From positions 1 to 54,458 of the IMG/VR virus record IMGVR_UViG_3300045256_000069: DNA of 54,458 nucleotides; one strand, written 5' to 3'. The translations under genes and the position numbers were made by a program. How positions within the stretch are numbered: the first letter of the stretch is position 1; every line of letters begins with the position of its first letter. Of this stretch, positions 53,304-54,458 are shown piece by piece. The DNA is from a virus. Taxonomy: Duplodnaviria; Caudoviricetes. The notes under the pieces were generated by a model. That model did not search any database, had not been told where the DNA came from, and saw nothing but the letters and a program-made list of their open reading frames with translations.

Positions 53304-53836
53304 ACGCTGCACTCTCTCTCGGTAAGTACGATGCGGTCCTGTGCGTCAACGATATTGGCACGGTCTTCGAGGATCGCATCGACTTCTGGTGCACGCTCCA
53401 TCCCGAAAAATTCAAACCGTGGCAAGCAGTTAGGGCCGTTAACGGTTTCAACAATGACTACATTGCTGTATGCCACGAGCTCAACCCAGAGCTTGGGAAG
53501 CGTGACAACTTGCCCCGTATTGATAAATCTATCGATTACCGTTATCCTGGCATGGATGGCAGCGGGTCCAGTGGATTGTTTGCTGTCAAGGTTGCTCAGG
53601 ACCACGGTTTCAACCGCATTGTGCTTGCAGGAATACCGATGAAAGCCGACGAGGCACACTTCTTCGACGACAAGGTCTGGACCGAACGGGACCAGTTCCT
53701 TGTGGCGTGGAAGATTGCTCGTCCCGCGATCAAGGACGCCGTGCGCAGCATGTCCGGTTGGACACGTCAGCTTCTGGGTGCTCCCACTTCCCTGTGGCTC
53801 AGTGAGCCCACAACCAGCGGTGCTGATCATGGATAA
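53234..53836 (+). CDS. Rossmann-like transferase (MptE/DUF115/Maf- or sialyltransferase-like)
   Basis: ALVVGGA, CVND, W.TLHPE, GSSGL.A...A...GF.RIVL.G.PM and VRS.SG.T..LLG.P motifs. Confidence 0.6.
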   Translation: MAGSVQIRTALVVGGARCVWRDLDAALSLGKYDAVLCVNDIGTVFEDRIDFWCTLHPEKFKPWQAVRAVNGFNNDYIAVCHELNPELGKRDNLPRIDKSIDYRYPGMDGSGSSGLFAVKVAQDHGFNRIVLAGIPMKADEAHFFDDKVWTERDQFLVAWKIARPAIKDAVRSMSGWTRQLLGAPTSLWLSEPTTSGADHG

Positions 53837-54458
53837 AATCCTCGACTCGCTCGAAGGCGTGCCCGAGCACTTCCACCAGTTCTACGAGAAGGACGCAGCG
53901 GACGGCAAGTTCAAGCTGCAGGACATCACTCCGCTCAAGAACGCGTTGAACCACGCGAAGGAAGAGCGGAACCAGGCCCGCGCCAAGGCGAAGGCCGTCG
54001 AAGCGTGGGAGAAGCTGGGCAAGACGCCGGAGGAAATCTCGGCGCTGCTCGAGGCGAAGACGAAGGAAGAGGAAGAGGCGGCGAAGAAGGCCGGCAACTT
54101 CGATCAGGTGCTCGAGCAGCACAAGTCGAAGTGGCAGAAGGACCTCGAAGCTGCCGCGGCCGAACGCGACACGTGGCGCAACCAGTTCGTGAACGCCCAC
54201 GTGAACAACAACCTCACCCAGGCGCTTGTCAAGGGTGAGACGACGCCGGAAGGCGCCGAGCTGCTGCCCAACATCTTGAAGGACCGCGTGTCCGTCGAGG
54301 TGAAGGACGGAAAGGTTTCGACTCGCATCACCAACTCCGACGGCTCGCCGATGATCGGCAACGGCGAAGGCGGCATGGCCACGTTCGATGACCTGGTCGC
54401 CGATGCGAAGAAGAAGTATCCCTCCCTGTTCAAGGGAACGGGTCAGTCGGGAAGCGGT
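53829..54458 (+). CDS. Head scaffolding protein, N-terminal part
   Basis: MDKILDSLEGVPEHFHQFYEK..DGKFKL, LKNAL..., G.FD.VL..; 210 codons open to the window end. Confidence 0.85.
   Translation, partial: MDKILDSLEGVPEHFHQFYEKDAADGKFKLQDITPLKNALNHAKEERNQARAKAKAVEAWEKLGKTPEEISALLEAKTKEEEEAAKKAGNFDQVLEQHKSKWQKDLEAAAAERDTWRNQFVNAHVNNNLTQALVKGETTPEGAELLPNILKDRVSVEVKDGKVSTRITNSDGSPMIGNGEGGMATFDDLVADAKKKYPSLFKGTGQSGSG

Noticed and set aside
1-54458. 7-deazaguanine or 2-aminoadenine (Z) pathways, TET/C5-MTase route, DGR or retron, tRNAs, integrase
   Set aside because: No folE/queCDE/dpdA, purZ, 2OG-Fe dioxygenase, DNA C5-methyltransferase, reverse-transcriptase, cloverleaf or recombinase motifs were recognised by eye. 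A divergent member could be missed.
1-54458. Stop-codon reassignment
   Set aside because: Core genes are intact in the standard code, and TAA, TGA and TAG all end genes.
1-54458. Genome-wide depletion of particular restriction sites (e.g. GGATCC, GAATTC) or of GANTC
   Set aside because: GACTC/GAGTC are clearly present, and I cannot reliably establish hexamer absence by eye; this needs a k-mer count.

Overview
The window looks like a complete, circularly permuted ~54.5 kb genome of a high-GC, long-tailed (siphovirus-type) phage. The scaffold gene runs off the right end at 54458 and continues in frame at position 1. The GTA-like tail tip and 13 perfect CtrA-type boxes point to an alphaproteobacterial host. 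I see no integrase, tRNA or CRISPR array. Layout: head genes (47965-54458 and 1-1637), neck and tail genes with a -1 frameshifted chaperone (1648-15413), lysis genes (15423-17262), a leftward replication and nucleotide-metabolism operon (17236-28442), a primase-helicase (28674-30608), leftward accessory genes (30656-42972), and a control/early region (43090-47900). Three observations stand out. (1) There is a candidate cytosine-modification pathway: two adjacent thymidylate-synthase-fold paralogs, both with Asp at the Asn177-equivalent position, plus a dNMP kinase, a MazG-like pyrophosphatase, a dCMP deaminase, DHFR, a UDG-PolA fusion and glycosyl-/methyltransferases. (2) A 518-nt early gene region (46413-46930) has no AG or GG dinucleotide on its sense strand. 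Synonymous codon choice enforces this, and shorter tracts recur in neighbouring early genes. (3) CtrA-box promoters occur in two classes with invariant spacing, alongside dense TTAA arrays. All protein calls come from motif recognition and gene order by eye; no database search was run.
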